A stretch of 64,000 nucleotides of DNA from Clostridia bacterium (GCA_017465465.1 JAFTWE010000006.1:18466-82465), one strand, 5' to 3'. Positions 46,581-57,589 are shown, counted from the first letter of the stretch. Notes: generated by a model not told the origin, from the letters alone. Made by a program: numbers and translations.

Positions 46581-47164
46581 TATGTGTATGTTTTTATAAT
46601 TTCTTCGGCAACAACGCGTTTTGAAACGCAGCGATCCATCGCTTGCTTTTCTATGTAACGATGTGCTTCCGGTTCGTCCAATTTGAGTTCGCGGATAAGT
46701 ATCCATTTTGCTCGGTTGACGATACGGATTTCTTCCATTTTTTCCTCAATGGAGAGCGTTTTCTTTTCGGTTTTTCTAAGCTTTTCCCGTGCGCTTGAAA
46801 GCCAACTGATAGCGATTGCCATTGTCGGCTTTGAGGTTGGCTTTGGAAGAACAAACACACCGTGCTCGGCGACCTTGTCGTAGATCTCTGTCTGAAGTTC
46901 TGCCCGTACCATCAGGAGTACAACGCTCTCTTTTGAATTACCTGTGTCGATTGCAAAACGAGTCCCTATATCATCAGAGAGCGGTGAGTTGATGATAACA
47001 AAATCAAAAGCACGTTCGGCGAGTGCTCGCTTTGCGGCACTGATATTTGATACAAAATGAGTTGGCGAATACTTTGAATTAGGGAGCAGAGCGGAGAGTG
47101 CCTCATTAAAGCTTTCTGCCGCCGAAACGATCAGAACGCTGTAAACCCGTTCTTTCAGACTCAT
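46580..47164 (-). CDS. ANTAR-domain RNA-binding antiterminator with an atypical receiver domain
   Basis: 194 aa. The C-terminus IVNRAKWILIRELKLDEPEAHRYIEKQAMDRCVSKRVVAEEII is a typical ANTAR three-helix motif. The N-terminal CheY-like fold has S/A/E in place of the acidic pair and N at the expected phospho-Asp (FVIINSPL). Confidence 0.8.
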   Translation of the reverse strand: MSLKERVYSVLIVSAAESFNEALSALLPNSKYSPTHFVSNISAAKRALAERAFDFVIINSPLSDDIGTRFAIDTGNSKESVVLLMVRAELQTEIYDKVAEHGVFVLPKPTSKPTMAIAISWLSSAREKLRKTEKKTLSIEEKMEEIRIVNRAKWILIRELKLDEPEAHRYIEKQAMDRCVSKRVVAEEIIKTYT

Positions 47165-47199
47165 TTTTGCTCCCCTCCTTTTTGGGCTGCTATTCAGCT

Positions 47200-48411
47200 T
47201 TATTTATTACAGTAGATATCTAAAATTGCTGCAGGTATGTGTTCCTTAATAAAATCACTTATCACAGCCACATTACAAGCATCGCTTAAACTTTCAGGCA
47301 GTTTCATAAACCTTGTCAAGGTCTCTGCATCGGCTTTGTATAGGTTAATATTGGCGGCTTCGGGCAAATCAAGCTTATTTTCAAGACCGTACAAACCGGC
47401 ATAAATCATAAGTGCAAAAGCCAGATAAGGATTTGCAGTAGGATCGGGAGAGCGAAGCTCAGCACGACGATATTCACCAACTGCGGCAGGAATACGCACA
47501 AGCTGAGAACGGTTTTCGCTTGACCAGGAAACATAGCCGGGTGCTTTATCCATACCAAAACGCTTGTAGGATTCTTCCGTAGGGTTGAGGAAAGCCGTCA
47601 TCTCCACCACCTTGTCAAGGACACCTGCTATCATATAGCAAAGGTTTTCCGAGTTTTCACTTGGTTGTACGGACATATTGATATGGAATCCGTTTCCGGG
47701 TTCATTTTCAAGAGGCTTTGGACTGAAATCGACAAAGACACCGTTGCGACGAGCAACTGTTTTAACGATTGTCTGGAAGGTCATTGTGTTATCAGCCGCA
47801 GTAAGCGGATCAGAATAACGGAAGTCAATCTCATTCTGCCCGGGACCTTCTTCATGATGGGAGCTTTCGGGACGAATGCCCATCTGTTCTAATGTGAGAC
47901 AGATTTCGCGGCGGATGTTTTCGCCTCTGTCCTCGGGAGCAAGATCCATATATCCTGCTTCATCGTAAGGAATTTTTGTCGGCTTATTCTTTTCATCAAG
48001 CTCAAACAGATAAAACTCCTGTTCGGCACCGAAGGCAAATGTGTATCCGGCCTTCCGCGCATCTTCCACAGCCTTTTTGAGCAGACTGCGAGTATCACAC
48101 TCGAAAGGTGTCCCATCAGGATAGGAAATGCTGGTAAACATACGAACTACCTTGCCGTGCTCCGGTCTCCACGGTAGAAGCATCAACGTTTCCGGATCAG
48201 GATGGAGCAAAAGATCGCACCTTGTTTCGTCGCCAAAGCCTGCGATTGCCGAAGCATCGAAGGCGATACCGTATTCAAAGGCGCGAGGCAACTCCTCGGG
48301 CATAATTGATATATTCTTTTGCTTTCCAAATACATCGCAAAAGGCAAGACGAATAAACTTCACATCCTCCTCTTGGACGTACTGCATTACCTCTTCCTTT
48401 GAATACTTCAT
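47200..48411 (-). CDS. glnA: Glutamine synthetase, type I family (short form)
   Basis: 403 aa; FIRLAFCDVFG beta-grasp start; EQEFYLF, NGFHINMS and SWSSENRSQLVRIP motifs. Confidence 0.85.
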   Translation of the reverse strand: MKYSKEEVMQYVQEEDVKFIRLAFCDVFGKQKNISIMPEELPRAFEYGIAFDASAIAGFGDETRCDLLLHPDPETLMLLPWRPEHGKVVRMFTSISYPDGTPFECDTRSLLKKAVEDARKAGYTFAFGAEQEFYLFELDEKNKPTKIPYDEAGYMDLAPEDRGENIRREICLTLEQMGIRPESSHHEEGPGQNEIDFRYSDPLTAADNTMTFQTIVKTVARRNGVFVDFSPKPLENEPGNGFHINMSVQPSENSENLCYMIAGVLDKVVEMTAFLNPTEESYKRFGMDKAPGYVSWSSENRSQLVRIPAAVGEYRRAELRSPDPTANPYLAFALMIYAGLYGLENKLDLPEAANINLYKADAETLTRFMKLPESLSDACNVAVISDFIKEHIPAAILDIYCNK

Positions 48412-48431
48412 AATATCCTACCTACTTTCTT

Positions 48432-49151
48432 TTAATTTGCCACATACATTTGCTTGTATGGATTCTTACTGTCAGGAGTAATGACAGTAAAGGGTGAGGA
48501 TAACACCTCGTTAACATCATAACCGAATATATCACAGTATTCGGCGACATACGTTTTCAATTCTTTCATATCCGATTCATCGGCAGGGCGAGCTGTTACC
48601 TGACTTGGGAACTTTACATCTTTACACTCGCTTCTGAGGAACATTTTACCTCCATGCATTCCGGTACATGGAAAGAAACCAACGATTTTTTGGTTTTTGG
48701 GTTCAAGACCGAGAACAACGATAACACCGCCTGCTTGATATTCGCCGAGAAAGCTGCCCGCCGTTCCGCCGATCACCATAACAGGAACCTTTTCCTTGTA
48801 GGCTTTCATATGAATGCCTGCTCGGTAGCCAGCATTGCCCTTAACAAATATTTTGCCGCCGCGCATTGCATATCCTGCTGCATCACCGATGTTTCCGTGT
48901 ACAATGATTTTCCCTTCGTTCATTGTATCGCCTACGGCATCTTGAGCGTTTGCGTTTACGGTAATAGTAGCACCGTTGAGATATGCACCGAGAGCATTGC
49001 CCGGAACACCGTTAATGGTAATATTCTTATCCGACATACCTGCAGCAATAAAGCGTTGACCGCAACATTCCTCAAGGGTAATGTCGTCTGCACTTTCCCG
49101 CAAGGTTTCATTCAGAGCTTTATAATCAAGTCCCTTAACATTTATTAACAT
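48432..49151 (-). CDS. Glutamate synthase GXGXG (GltB C-terminal) domain protein
   Basis: Start at ATG 49151. It has repeated G-x-G-x-G beta-helix turns (HGNIGDAAGYAMRGGKIFVKGNAGYRAG). Confidence 0.8.
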   Translation of the reverse strand: MLINVKGLDYKALNETLRESADDITLEECCGQRFIAAGMSDKNITINGVPGNALGAYLNGATITVNANAQDAVGDTMNEGKIIVHGNIGDAAGYAMRGGKIFVKGNAGYRAGIHMKAYKEKVPVMVIGGTAGSFLGEYQAGGVIVVLGLEPKNQKIVGFFPCTGMHGGKMFLRSECKDVKFPSQVTARPADESDMKELKTYVAEYCDIFGYDVNEVLSSPFTVITPDSKNPYKQMYVAN

Positions 49152-49155
49152 AATA

Positions 49156-50388
49156 TTATACCACACCTCCAAACTTTTTTCTACGGGTTTCTGGAGAAAA
49201 TGCAACAGAAGTTGCAACTTTTTTCATTGTTTCAAAGTCAATCGTGTTAAGAGGTGTTCTTTCACGAATGAGAGAGGTATAGATTCCGGCACGCTCGATT
49301 TTGCCGATCAGGATAAAGCCTTTGAGCAAACCGTCCTTTGTAAACAGCCTTTTTAATGTGCTGTCGGTCTTTTCCTCGTACATTTCGCCTTCATAAGTTC
49401 CGGCAGTCATAACGTGCAGACCGAAGAAACCGATAGAGTTCATCGGAATGGCTTTGTCGAAGACCTCATCACCGCCTGCCATATTCACACCGGCAGTGTG
49501 TCCCTGCATATAGGCGTTAGGCAGAAGAGCGAGCACTTTTTTCTGACCGCAGGAGATATCTTCACCCTCGACACAATCGCCGGCAGCATAGATGTTTTCT
49601 ACAGAGGTTTCCATCCGCTCGTTTACGATGATACCTCTGTTTACTTCGCCGCCAATATCCTTTATCAATACGATGTTTGCACGGACACCCACAGCAAGAA
49701 CGAGAATGTCAAAATCAACAGTTTTTCCGCTTTTCATTTGAACAGTATTCTTTTCAAAGCGAACTGCGGTATCACCGAGCATAAACTGAATACCGTTTGC
49801 CTCCAAATGCTTCTGCATGATAGTGGCACACTCAGTATCAAGAATACTGGAAAGCACGCGGTCAGCGAGGTCGCATACGGTTATGCTTGCCACCCGTCCG
49901 TGAAGTCCTTCGGCGCATTTCAGTCCGATAAGACCTGCACCGACGATCAATACCTTACTGTCTTTATTGATTGCTTTTTCAAGAGCAAAGGTATCGTCCA
50001 GTGTCATAAAACTGAACTTTTTCTCGACCGTATCAAGTCCTTCAAAAGGAGGAACGAAAGGAGCCGAACCGGTTGCAACGCAAACTTCTGTGTACGAAAG
50101 CTCTGCACCATCATCCAGCACAACCTTTTTTGAATCCGCATCAATACGGATGACTTTCTTGCCGTAGAACACATCACAACCCATTTTCTCATAAAAATCG
50201 GTACTGCGATAGTTCATGCGCTCCGGATCGGTTTTGTTTTCCAGATAATACGAGATGAGGGGACGGCAGTAAACGGGGTGATTCTCTTCGGAAACAACCG
50301 TGATTTTGCTGTCTTTATCTACACTGCGGATGCCCTCAATGCAACCGGCAGCAGCTACACCGTTACCTATAATAACATACTGCTTCAC
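49156..50388 (-). CDS. NAD(P)/FAD-dependent pyridine-nucleotide-disulfide-type oxidoreductase (electron-input subunit of split GOGAT)
   Basis: Two dinucleotide folds (IIGNGVAAAG, VGAGLIGLKCAE); 410 aa; 4-nt overlap with the ferredoxin gene. Confidence 0.75.
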   Translation of the reverse strand: MKQYVIIGNGVAAAGCIEGIRSVDKDSKITVVSEENHPVYCRPLISYYLENKTDPERMNYRSTDFYEKMGCDVFYGKKVIRIDADSKKVVLDDGAELSYTEVCVATGSAPFVPPFEGLDTVEKKFSFMTLDDTFALEKAINKDSKVLIVGAGLIGLKCAEGLHGRVASITVCDLADRVLSSILDTECATIMQKHLEANGIQFMLGDTAVRFEKNTVQMKSGKTVDFDILVLAVGVRANIVLIKDIGGEVNRGIIVNERMETSVENIYAAGDCVEGEDISCGQKKVLALLPNAYMQGHTAGVNMAGGDEVFDKAIPMNSIGFFGLHVMTAGTYEGEMYEEKTDSTLKRLFTKDGLLKGFILIGKIERAGIYTSLIRERTPLNTIDFETMKKVATSVAFSPETRRKKFGGVV

Positions 50389-50834
50389 GCGTTCTCACCT
50401 CGTTCCTCATACACGATTGCTCTGTTGGGACAGCCCTTGACACAAGCGGGTTCTCCGCAGGAGTTCTGCAGACACAGTTCGCATTTTTGCATTACACCGC
50501 TGTCACTGGGTGATAACGCCCCATAAGGACATACCAACACACAGGTAAGGCAGCCCACACACTTGTTCTTATCTACGCAGACAACACCGTCTTTTTTGGA
50601 AATCGCACCGGCAATACAGCTTTTTACACAGATAGGATCGGTGCAATGGCGGCAGGAAACTGCATAAGAGATTTTATCGTCACCCTCGATATGAATACGG
50701 GGATAGATTGGTTTGCCTTTGAGTGCCGTTGCCATATCCGACATGCCGGAGTTGGCAAAAGCACAGTTATATTCGCATAAGTGGCAGCCAAGGCACCACT
50801 CTTCATTTACATATACTCGTTTCATTTTTATCAC
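50385..50834 (-). CDS. 4Fe-4S dicluster ferredoxin-domain protein
   Basis: Multiple CxxCxxCxxxC(P) motifs (CLGCHLCEYNC, CVGCLTCVLVCP). Confidence 0.8.
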   Translation of the reverse strand: MIKMKRVYVNEEWCLGCHLCEYNCAFANSGMSDMATALKGKPIYPRIHIEGDDKISYAVSCRHCTDPICVKSCIAGAISKKDGVVCVDKNKCVGCLTCVLVCPYGALSPSDSGVMQKCELCLQNSCGEPACVKGCPNRAIVYEERGENA

Positions 50835-52348
50835 TCTCCTGCATGAGAGATACCGAGGATCTCAAGTTCTTTATCCGTAAGTCCCACACCGCGAAGCATT
50901 AGACGGTTGCCACGAAGGGACTCAATGGAGTTGATTCCCATACCGCCCATCAGCTCCTTGATTTCGTGCCTCCAAGCGTTCATCAGATTGATAAGGCGTT
51001 CACTGCCCATATCGGGATTGAGACGCTTGACAAGCTCGGGACGCTGTGTTGCGATACCCCAGTTGCATTTACCGCTCTGACAGGTACGGCAAAGATGACA
51101 GCCGAGAGCAAGCAACGCCGCCGTTGCAATATAGCAGGCATCGGCACCGAGAGCGATGGCTTTCACGACATCTGCAGCACTGCGAATGGAACCGCCGACC
51201 ACAAGGGATACATTATTACGGATACCCTCATCACGAAGACGTTGATCCACAGCAGCCAAAGCAAGCTCGATCGGGATACCGACATTATCACGGATACGGG
51301 TAGGTGCCGCACCGGTACCGCCACGGAAACCGTCGATAGCGATGATATCCGCACCGCTTCTGGCAATACCACTGGCGATTGCCGCAATGTTATGTACGGC
51401 GGCAACCTTTACGATAACCGGTTTTTTATATTCGGTAGCCTCTTTCAGCGAGAACACAAGTTGACGGAGATCTTCAATGGAATAAATATCGTGGTGAGGC
51501 GCAGGAGATATCGCATCCGAGCCTTCGGGAATCATTCGGGTACGAGATACATCGCCAACGATTTTTGCACCCGGCAGATGTCCACCGATGCCGGGCTTTG
51601 CGCCCTGTCCCATTTTGATTTCTATAGCAGCACCGGCTTTTAAGTAGTCCTCGTGAACGCCGAAACGTCCGCTCGCCACCTGAACGATGGTGTTTTCACC
51701 GTAAACATAGAAATCCTCGTGCAGACCGCCTTCACCGGTATTATAAAGAATACCAAGCTCAGTAGCGGCACGGGCAAGAGAAGCGTGAGCGTTATAGCTG
51801 ATGGAACCGTAGCTCATTGCCGAGAACATCACAGGCATAGAGAGTTCAATCTGCGGCGGCAGTTCGCATTTTAATTTTCCGTTTTCATCACGCTGAACCT
51901 TTTCGGGCTTTTTACCCAAGAACACACGAGTCTCCATCGGCTCACGCAGAGGATCAATCGGCGGATTTGTTACCTGCGAGGCATTGATCAGGATCTTATC
52001 CCAATACACCGGCAGGGGTTTCGGATTGCCCATCGAGGAGAGTAGGACACCGCCGCTGTTTGCCTGTTTGTAGATTTCTTTGATCGTATCGTTCTGCCAG
52101 TTAGCGTTTTCACGGAGTACACAATCGCTTTTTACGATTTTCAGTGCTCTTGTCGGACAGAGCGATACACAGCGCTGACAGTTGACACACTTGGTCTCGT
52201 CAGCCATCATCACACCTTTTTCTTCAAGAAAGGAGTGAACTTCATTTGCACATTGCCTTTCACATACACGGCAGGCGATGCAACGGTCGGTATTTCTGAT
52301 TACTTCAAATTCGGGATATGTAAATTCTACACTCATTTCAATATGCAC
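50831..52348 (-). CDS. Glutamate synthase FMN-binding (GltB central) domain with N-terminal ferredoxin
   Basis: N-terminal CIACRVCERQC / CVNCQRCVSLCP. FMN domain motifs are KMGQGAKPGIGGHLPG, DGFRGGTGAAP and the 3Fe-4S/4Fe-4S-type CHLCRTCQSGKC. Confidence 0.85.
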   Translation of the reverse strand: MHIEMSVEFTYPEFEVIRNTDRCIACRVCERQCANEVHSFLEEKGVMMADETKCVNCQRCVSLCPTRALKIVKSDCVLRENANWQNDTIKEIYKQANSGGVLLSSMGNPKPLPVYWDKILINASQVTNPPIDPLREPMETRVFLGKKPEKVQRDENGKLKCELPPQIELSMPVMFSAMSYGSISYNAHASLARAATELGILYNTGEGGLHEDFYVYGENTIVQVASGRFGVHEDYLKAGAAIEIKMGQGAKPGIGGHLPGAKIVGDVSRTRMIPEGSDAISPAPHHDIYSIEDLRQLVFSLKEATEYKKPVIVKVAAVHNIAAIASGIARSGADIIAIDGFRGGTGAAPTRIRDNVGIPIELALAAVDQRLRDEGIRNNVSLVVGGSIRSAADVVKAIALGADACYIATAALLALGCHLCRTCQSGKCNWGIATQRPELVKRLNPDMGSERLINLMNAWRHEIKELMGGMGINSIESLRGNRLMLRGVGLTDKELEILGISHAGE

Positions 52349-53432
52349 CGTCCTTTACCTTAACGATTACCGGCTCTCCGCCGGCAGGTGCCCATATGTT
52401 TTCTGCATTCGGCTCCATAGTGCGGATTGCCGCCTCTTCGCTGGCGATATATACCTTATCGTCCTTTTCGCCGACTACCATAGAACGGAGCTTGAGGCGG
52501 TCATTCAGTGCCATAAGTCCGCCGTTGAAGCCGAGAACGATGGAAAACGGCCCGGTAATCAGCAGGCTCGGGAACATGGTACGCAGGTACATATGTTTCT
52601 TTTGGTCTTCAAGGTCGGTCTTACCTTCAATGGTGCTCCAGAACGGCGCAGCAACAACACTTGCCGCTTCACCAAGAGTGAGTCCCTGCACGCGGATCAG
52701 GTAGTCCATAATATATGTAATAACTTCGGTATCGGTCTGCAGGGTGCATTTATAACTGAACATCTCGATAAAACGGCGGTTGGCATCATAGGAAGAAATC
52801 TCACCGTTATGTACGATGGACCAATCGAGCAAAGTAAACGGATGTGCGCCGCCCCACCAGCCGGGAGTGTTGGTAGGGTAGCGACCGTGTGCCGTCCAGG
52901 AATAGCCCTCGTATTCCTCTAATTTATAAAAGACACCGACATCTTCCGGAAAGCCGACTGCTTTGAAGGTACCCATATTCTTGCCGCTGGAAAAGACATA
53001 AGCGCCTTTCATTTCGGTGTTGATCTTCATCACTGTGCGGGCAACGAATTCCTTTTCATCAAGCTGCATCGAGGCAAGCTGAGATTTCAGTGGATCTACA
53101 AAGTATCTCCATATAATAGGCTCATCAGTAATGGCGGGAATCTTACGGGTTGGAATGATCTCGCTCTTTACGATCTCAAAACGTTCTTTTAAGAATACCT
53201 CGCACTCCTTGCGCGTTGCACGGGAGTCAAAAAACATATGTAATGCGTAAAATTCCTTATATTCGGGATATATGCCGTAACCGGCGAAACCGCCGCCAAG
53301 TCCGTTGGAACGGTCGTGCATCGGCTTCATAGCGTTATAAATCATCTCACCGGACATTCTGTTTCCTTCTTTCGAGATAACAGCAGCGATTGCACATCCG
53401 GAGGGGATTCGTACTTGCCCTTCTACTTTCAT
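52338..53432 (-). CDS. Class II glutamine amidotransferase (GltB N-terminal domain)
   Basis: Start at ATG 53432 (AAAGGAA RBS). A propeptide precedes the catalytic Cys (IPSGCAIAAV). RYPTNTPG and HNGEISSY motifs are present. Confidence 0.8.
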   Translation of the reverse strand: MKVEGQVRIPSGCAIAAVISKEGNRMSGEMIYNAMKPMHDRSNGLGGGFAGYGIYPEYKEFYALHMFFDSRATRKECEVFLKERFEIVKSEIIPTRKIPAITDEPIIWRYFVDPLKSQLASMQLDEKEFVARTVMKINTEMKGAYVFSSGKNMGTFKAVGFPEDVGVFYKLEEYEGYSWTAHGRYPTNTPGWWGGAHPFTLLDWSIVHNGEISSYDANRRFIEMFSYKCTLQTDTEVITYIMDYLIRVQGLTLGEAASVVAAPFWSTIEGKTDLEDQKKHMYLRTMFPSLLITGPFSIVLGFNGGLMALNDRLKLRSMVVGEKDDKVYIASEEAAIRTMEPNAENIWAPAGGEPVIVKVKDGAY

Positions 53433-53460
53433 ATCGGTTCCTTTCCTTTCAGGATTAAAT

Positions 53461-53526
53461 AAAAAAGAAAAGGCGCTCATCTCAATGTAGATTGTTTTCT
53501 ACACTGAAATGAACGCCTTTGCTCAT
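53461..53526 (-). promoter_or_regulatory. Leader attenuator of the GOGAT-glnA-ANTAR operon: hexaloop hairpin versus terminator
   Basis: The minus-strand RNA forms AUGAGC[AAAGGC]GUUCAU (53509-53526). This overlaps the 5' arm of a long imperfect hairpin (53469-53520) followed by UCUUUUUU. Confidence 0.6.
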
Positions 53527-53534
53527 TTGCAAGT

Positions 53535-53563
53535 ATTATACGCCTTATCCTGCATTTTGTCAA
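53535..53563 (-). promoter_or_regulatory. Consensus sigma-A promoter of the GOGAT-glnA operon
   Basis: On the minus strand, TTGACA - 17 nt - TATAAT. Confidence 0.65.
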
Positions 53564-53625
53564 GAGGTTATGTGAAAGTTCCGACTCTTTTTGCAGGAAT
53601 TTCGCAAAAAAGTTTCAAAAAGGGG

Positions 53626-53654
53626 TTGACAAAGTTTTTTTGCGGGTGTATAAT
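53626..53654 (+). promoter_or_regulatory. Consensus sigma-A promoter of gdhA (divergent from the GOGAT promoter)
   Basis: TTGACA (53626-53631) - 17 nt - TATAAT (53649-53654) with a TG extended -10. Confidence 0.7.
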
Positions 53655-53663
53655 GCAGAGCGT

Positions 53664-53704
53664 GAAGGCAAAGGCGTCTTTGAGTGTAAGTGCTCAAAGA
53701 CGCT
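53664..53704 (+). promoter_or_regulatory. gdhA leader module 1: hexaloop hairpin versus stem-loop
   Basis: GAAGGC[AAAGGC]GUCUUU (53664-53681) overlaps the hairpin GCGUCUUUGAG..CUCAAAGACGC (53673-53704), which is followed by UAUUUUACUUUC. Confidence 0.5.
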
Positions 53705-53745
53705 ATTTTACTTTCAGGAATCCAAAAACAATTTTATATTATGAA

Positions 53746-55164
<1,419 letters not shown>

Positions 55165-55187
55165 TAAGCATACAAGTCAATATAAAT

Positions 55188-55239
55188 AAAGGCAAAGGCG
55201 TCTTTAATGTTTCCCACATTAAAGGTGCCTTTATCTTTT
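55188..55239 (+). promoter_or_regulatory. gdhA-glnN intergenic module: hexaloop hairpin versus terminator
   Basis: AAAGGC[AAAGGC]GUCUUU (55188-55205) overlaps a 17-bp hairpin (55194-55232, loop UUCCC) followed by AUCUUUUC. Confidence 0.6.
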
Positions 55240-55282
55240 CACAAACTAACACAACATCTCGATTAGTGAAGGAGAATATATC

Positions 55283-57379
55283 ATGGGAACTGTAAAAGAT
55301 TATTTTGGAAGCTTGGTCTTTGATGACAGAGTAATGAAAGCTACTCTGTCGGATAAAGTGTATGCTTCGCTCAAAAAGACCATTGATGAAGGAACAGAAC
55401 TGGATATCAGCGTTGCCAATGCGGTCGCTACCGCAATGAAGGATTGGGCGGTTTCCAAGGGCGCAACACATTATACCCATTGGTTCCAGCCGCTTACCGG
55501 TATCACCGCAGAAAAGCACGATAGCTTTATCGCCCCATCTCCCGATGGAGGCGTTATTATGGAGTTCTCGGGCAAAGAACTCATTAAGGGCGAACCGGAT
55601 GCCTCTTCTTTCCCCAGTGGCGGTCTTCGAGCCACCTTTGAGGCAAGAGGATATACCGCATGGGATCCCACATCTTATGCGTTTATTAAGGGTAAGACTC
55701 TTTGTATTCCAACTGCGTTCTGCTCTTACGGCGGTCATGCACTGGATAAGAAGACTCCGCTCTTGCGTTCTATGGAGGCTCTTAACAAGCAGGCACTCCG
55801 TATTCTCAGATTGTTCGGCAACGACAGCGTAAAGAGAGTAACCAGCTCTGTCGGTCCGGAGCAGGAATACTTCCTTATCACTAAGGAAATGTACGATCAG
55901 CGTCCTGACCTTCGCTTCACCGGACGAACCTTGTTCGGCGCAAAGCCTCCCAAGGGACAGGAGATGGATGACCATTACTTTGGTGTCATCAAGCCGAGAG
56001 TTGCCGCTTTTATGGAGGAACTCAATGACGAACTCTGGAAACTGGGCATCTTGGCAAAGACGGAACATAACGAGGTTGCTCCGGCTCAGCATGAGTTGGC
56101 ACCGATCTATACTACCACCAATATTGCAACTGACCACAACCAGCTTACGATGGAGATTATGCAGAAGGTAGCAGCAAAGCACGGTCTTGTCTGCCTGCTT
56201 CACGAGAAGCCTTTCGCCGGTGTAAACGGCAGTGGTAAGCACAACAACTGGTCGATTGCCACCGATGCGGGTCAGAATCTTCTTTCTCCCGGTGCTACTC
56301 CCTATGAAAACGCTCAGTTTCTGTTATTCCTGTGTGCTGTAATCAAAGCAGTGGACGATTATCAGGATCTTCTCCGTATCTCGGTCGCAACTGCCGGTAA
56401 CGATCACCGTCTTGGCGCAAACGAAGCACCTCCCGCAGTCGTGTCCATCTTCCTCGGTGATGAGCTGAACGCTGTCCTTGAGGCTATCGAGACTGACACG
56501 CCTTATAAGGGCGTAGAAAAGACTCAGATGAAGCTTGGCGTTGATGCTCTGCCAAAGTTCAACCGTGATACTACCGACCGTAACAGAACTTCTCCCTTTG
56601 CTTTTACCGGCAATAAGTTTGAGTTCCGCATGCTCGGCTCCTCCAACAGCATCGCCTGTGCAAACATCATGCTGAACAGTGCGGTTGCCGAATCGCTGAA
56701 AATTTATGCAGACCGACTGGAAGGCGCACAAGATTTTGAAACTGCTCTCCACGAGATGATTCAGAAGACCATTAAGGATCATAAGCATATCATCTTCAAC
56801 GGTAACGGCTATGATGAGAGCTGGATCAAGGAAGCTACCGAAAAGCGCAGTCTGCTCAACTATCGTACCACGGCAGATTGTATGCCTCATCTGCTTGATA
56901 AGAAGAATGTGGAAATGCTGACTGCTCACGGTGTATTTACCGAAGCAGAGCTGGGGTCCAGATATGAAATTATGCTGGAGAACTACTGTAAGACCATTGT
57001 TATTGAAGCAAACACGATGGTCGATATGGCGAAGACACAGATTGCTCCTGCAATCGAAGCCTATACTTCCGACGTTGCAAAGGCTGCTGCCGCAAAGAAG
57101 GCACTCGACTCCGCACTTGCCTGCAGCTATGAGACCGGCGTTGTCAGAAAGCTTTCCGCACTGACCGACCGTATTGCTACCAAATCGGAAGAGCTGGAGG
57201 CGGCACTTATTTCTCTGGATGATGCTGAAGATATCGGAGCTGAGTCCGTTATGATCCGAGATACGGTACTTTGTCTGATGGGCGAGTTAAGAGTTGCTTG
57301 CGACGAAGCGGAAACCCTTACGGCAAAGACCTATTGGCCGATGCCCACCTATGCCGATCTGCTGTTTGGTGTGAAATAA
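55283..57379 (+). CDS. glnN: Glutamine synthetase type III
   Basis: 698 aa. The N-terminus [16 protein letters not shown] and the [21 protein letters not shown] and [10 protein letters not shown] motifs are typical of GS-III. Confidence 0.9.
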   Translation: MGTVKDYFGSLVFDDRVMKATLSDKVYASLKKTIDEGTELDISVANAVATAMKDWAVSKGATHYTHWFQPLTGITAEKHDSFIAPSPDGGVIMEFSGKELIKGEPDASSFPSGGLRATFEARGYTAWDPTSYAFIKGKTLCIPTAFCSYGGHALDKKTPLLRSMEALNKQALRILRLFGNDSVKRVTSSVGPEQEYFLITKEMYDQRPDLRFTGRTLFGAKPPKGQEMDDHYFGVIKPRVAAFMEELNDELWKLGILAKTEHNEVAPAQHELAPIYTTTNIATDHNQLTMEIMQKVAAKHGLVCLLHEKPFAGVNGSGKHNNWSIATDAGQNLLSPGATPYENAQFLLFLCAVIKAVDDYQDLLRISVATAGNDHRLGANEAPPAVVSIFLGDELNAVLEAIETDTPYKGVEKTQMKLGVDALPKFNRDTTDRNRTSPFAFTGNKFEFRMLGSSNSIACANIMLNSAVAESLKIYADRLEGAQDFETALHEMIQKTIKDHKHIIFNGNGYDESWIKEATEKRSLLNYRTTADCMPHLLDKKNVEMLTAHGVFTEAELGSRYEIMLENYCKTIVIEANTMVDMAKTQIAPAIEAYTSDVAKAAAAKKALDSALACSYETGVVRKLSALTDRIATKSEELEAALISLDDAEDIGAESVMIRDTVLCLMGELRVACDEAETLTAKTYWPMPTYADLLFGVK

Positions 57380-57405
57380 AATCCTATACGCAAAGGAGTT
57401 TACTT

Positions 57406-57573
57406 ATGAAAAAGAAAGATGCAGGGTTCGTACCCCAAATAGATTTTAAGGAGCAAACTCCCGAGGTCTTGCTAAAAACTGAAAAGCCGGATCCTCTTTA
57501 CGAAAAGGCCTTCCTTTCCCGTGAGGATAAGAGCACAACGGAATATGCTCAAAATACGACAACCTGGGATTAA
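57406..57573 (+). CDS. Possible small protein (55 aa), unknown
   Basis: AAAGGAG lies 8 nt upstream of ATG 57406. The sequence is hydrophilic and charged. No family recognised. Confidence 0.3.
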   Translation: MKKKDAGFVPQIDFKEQTPEVLLKTEKPDPLYEKAFLSREDKSTTEYAQNTTTWD

Positions 57574-57589
57574 GATCAAAAACTGAATA

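Noticed and set aside
49414-52922. Plus-strand ORFs of 214-239 aa (49414-50133, 50966-51643, 52278-52922) inside the GOGAT operon
   Set aside because: All are antisense to strongly recognisable minus-strand genes. Their translations are Arg/Cys/His-rich nonsense with no start context.
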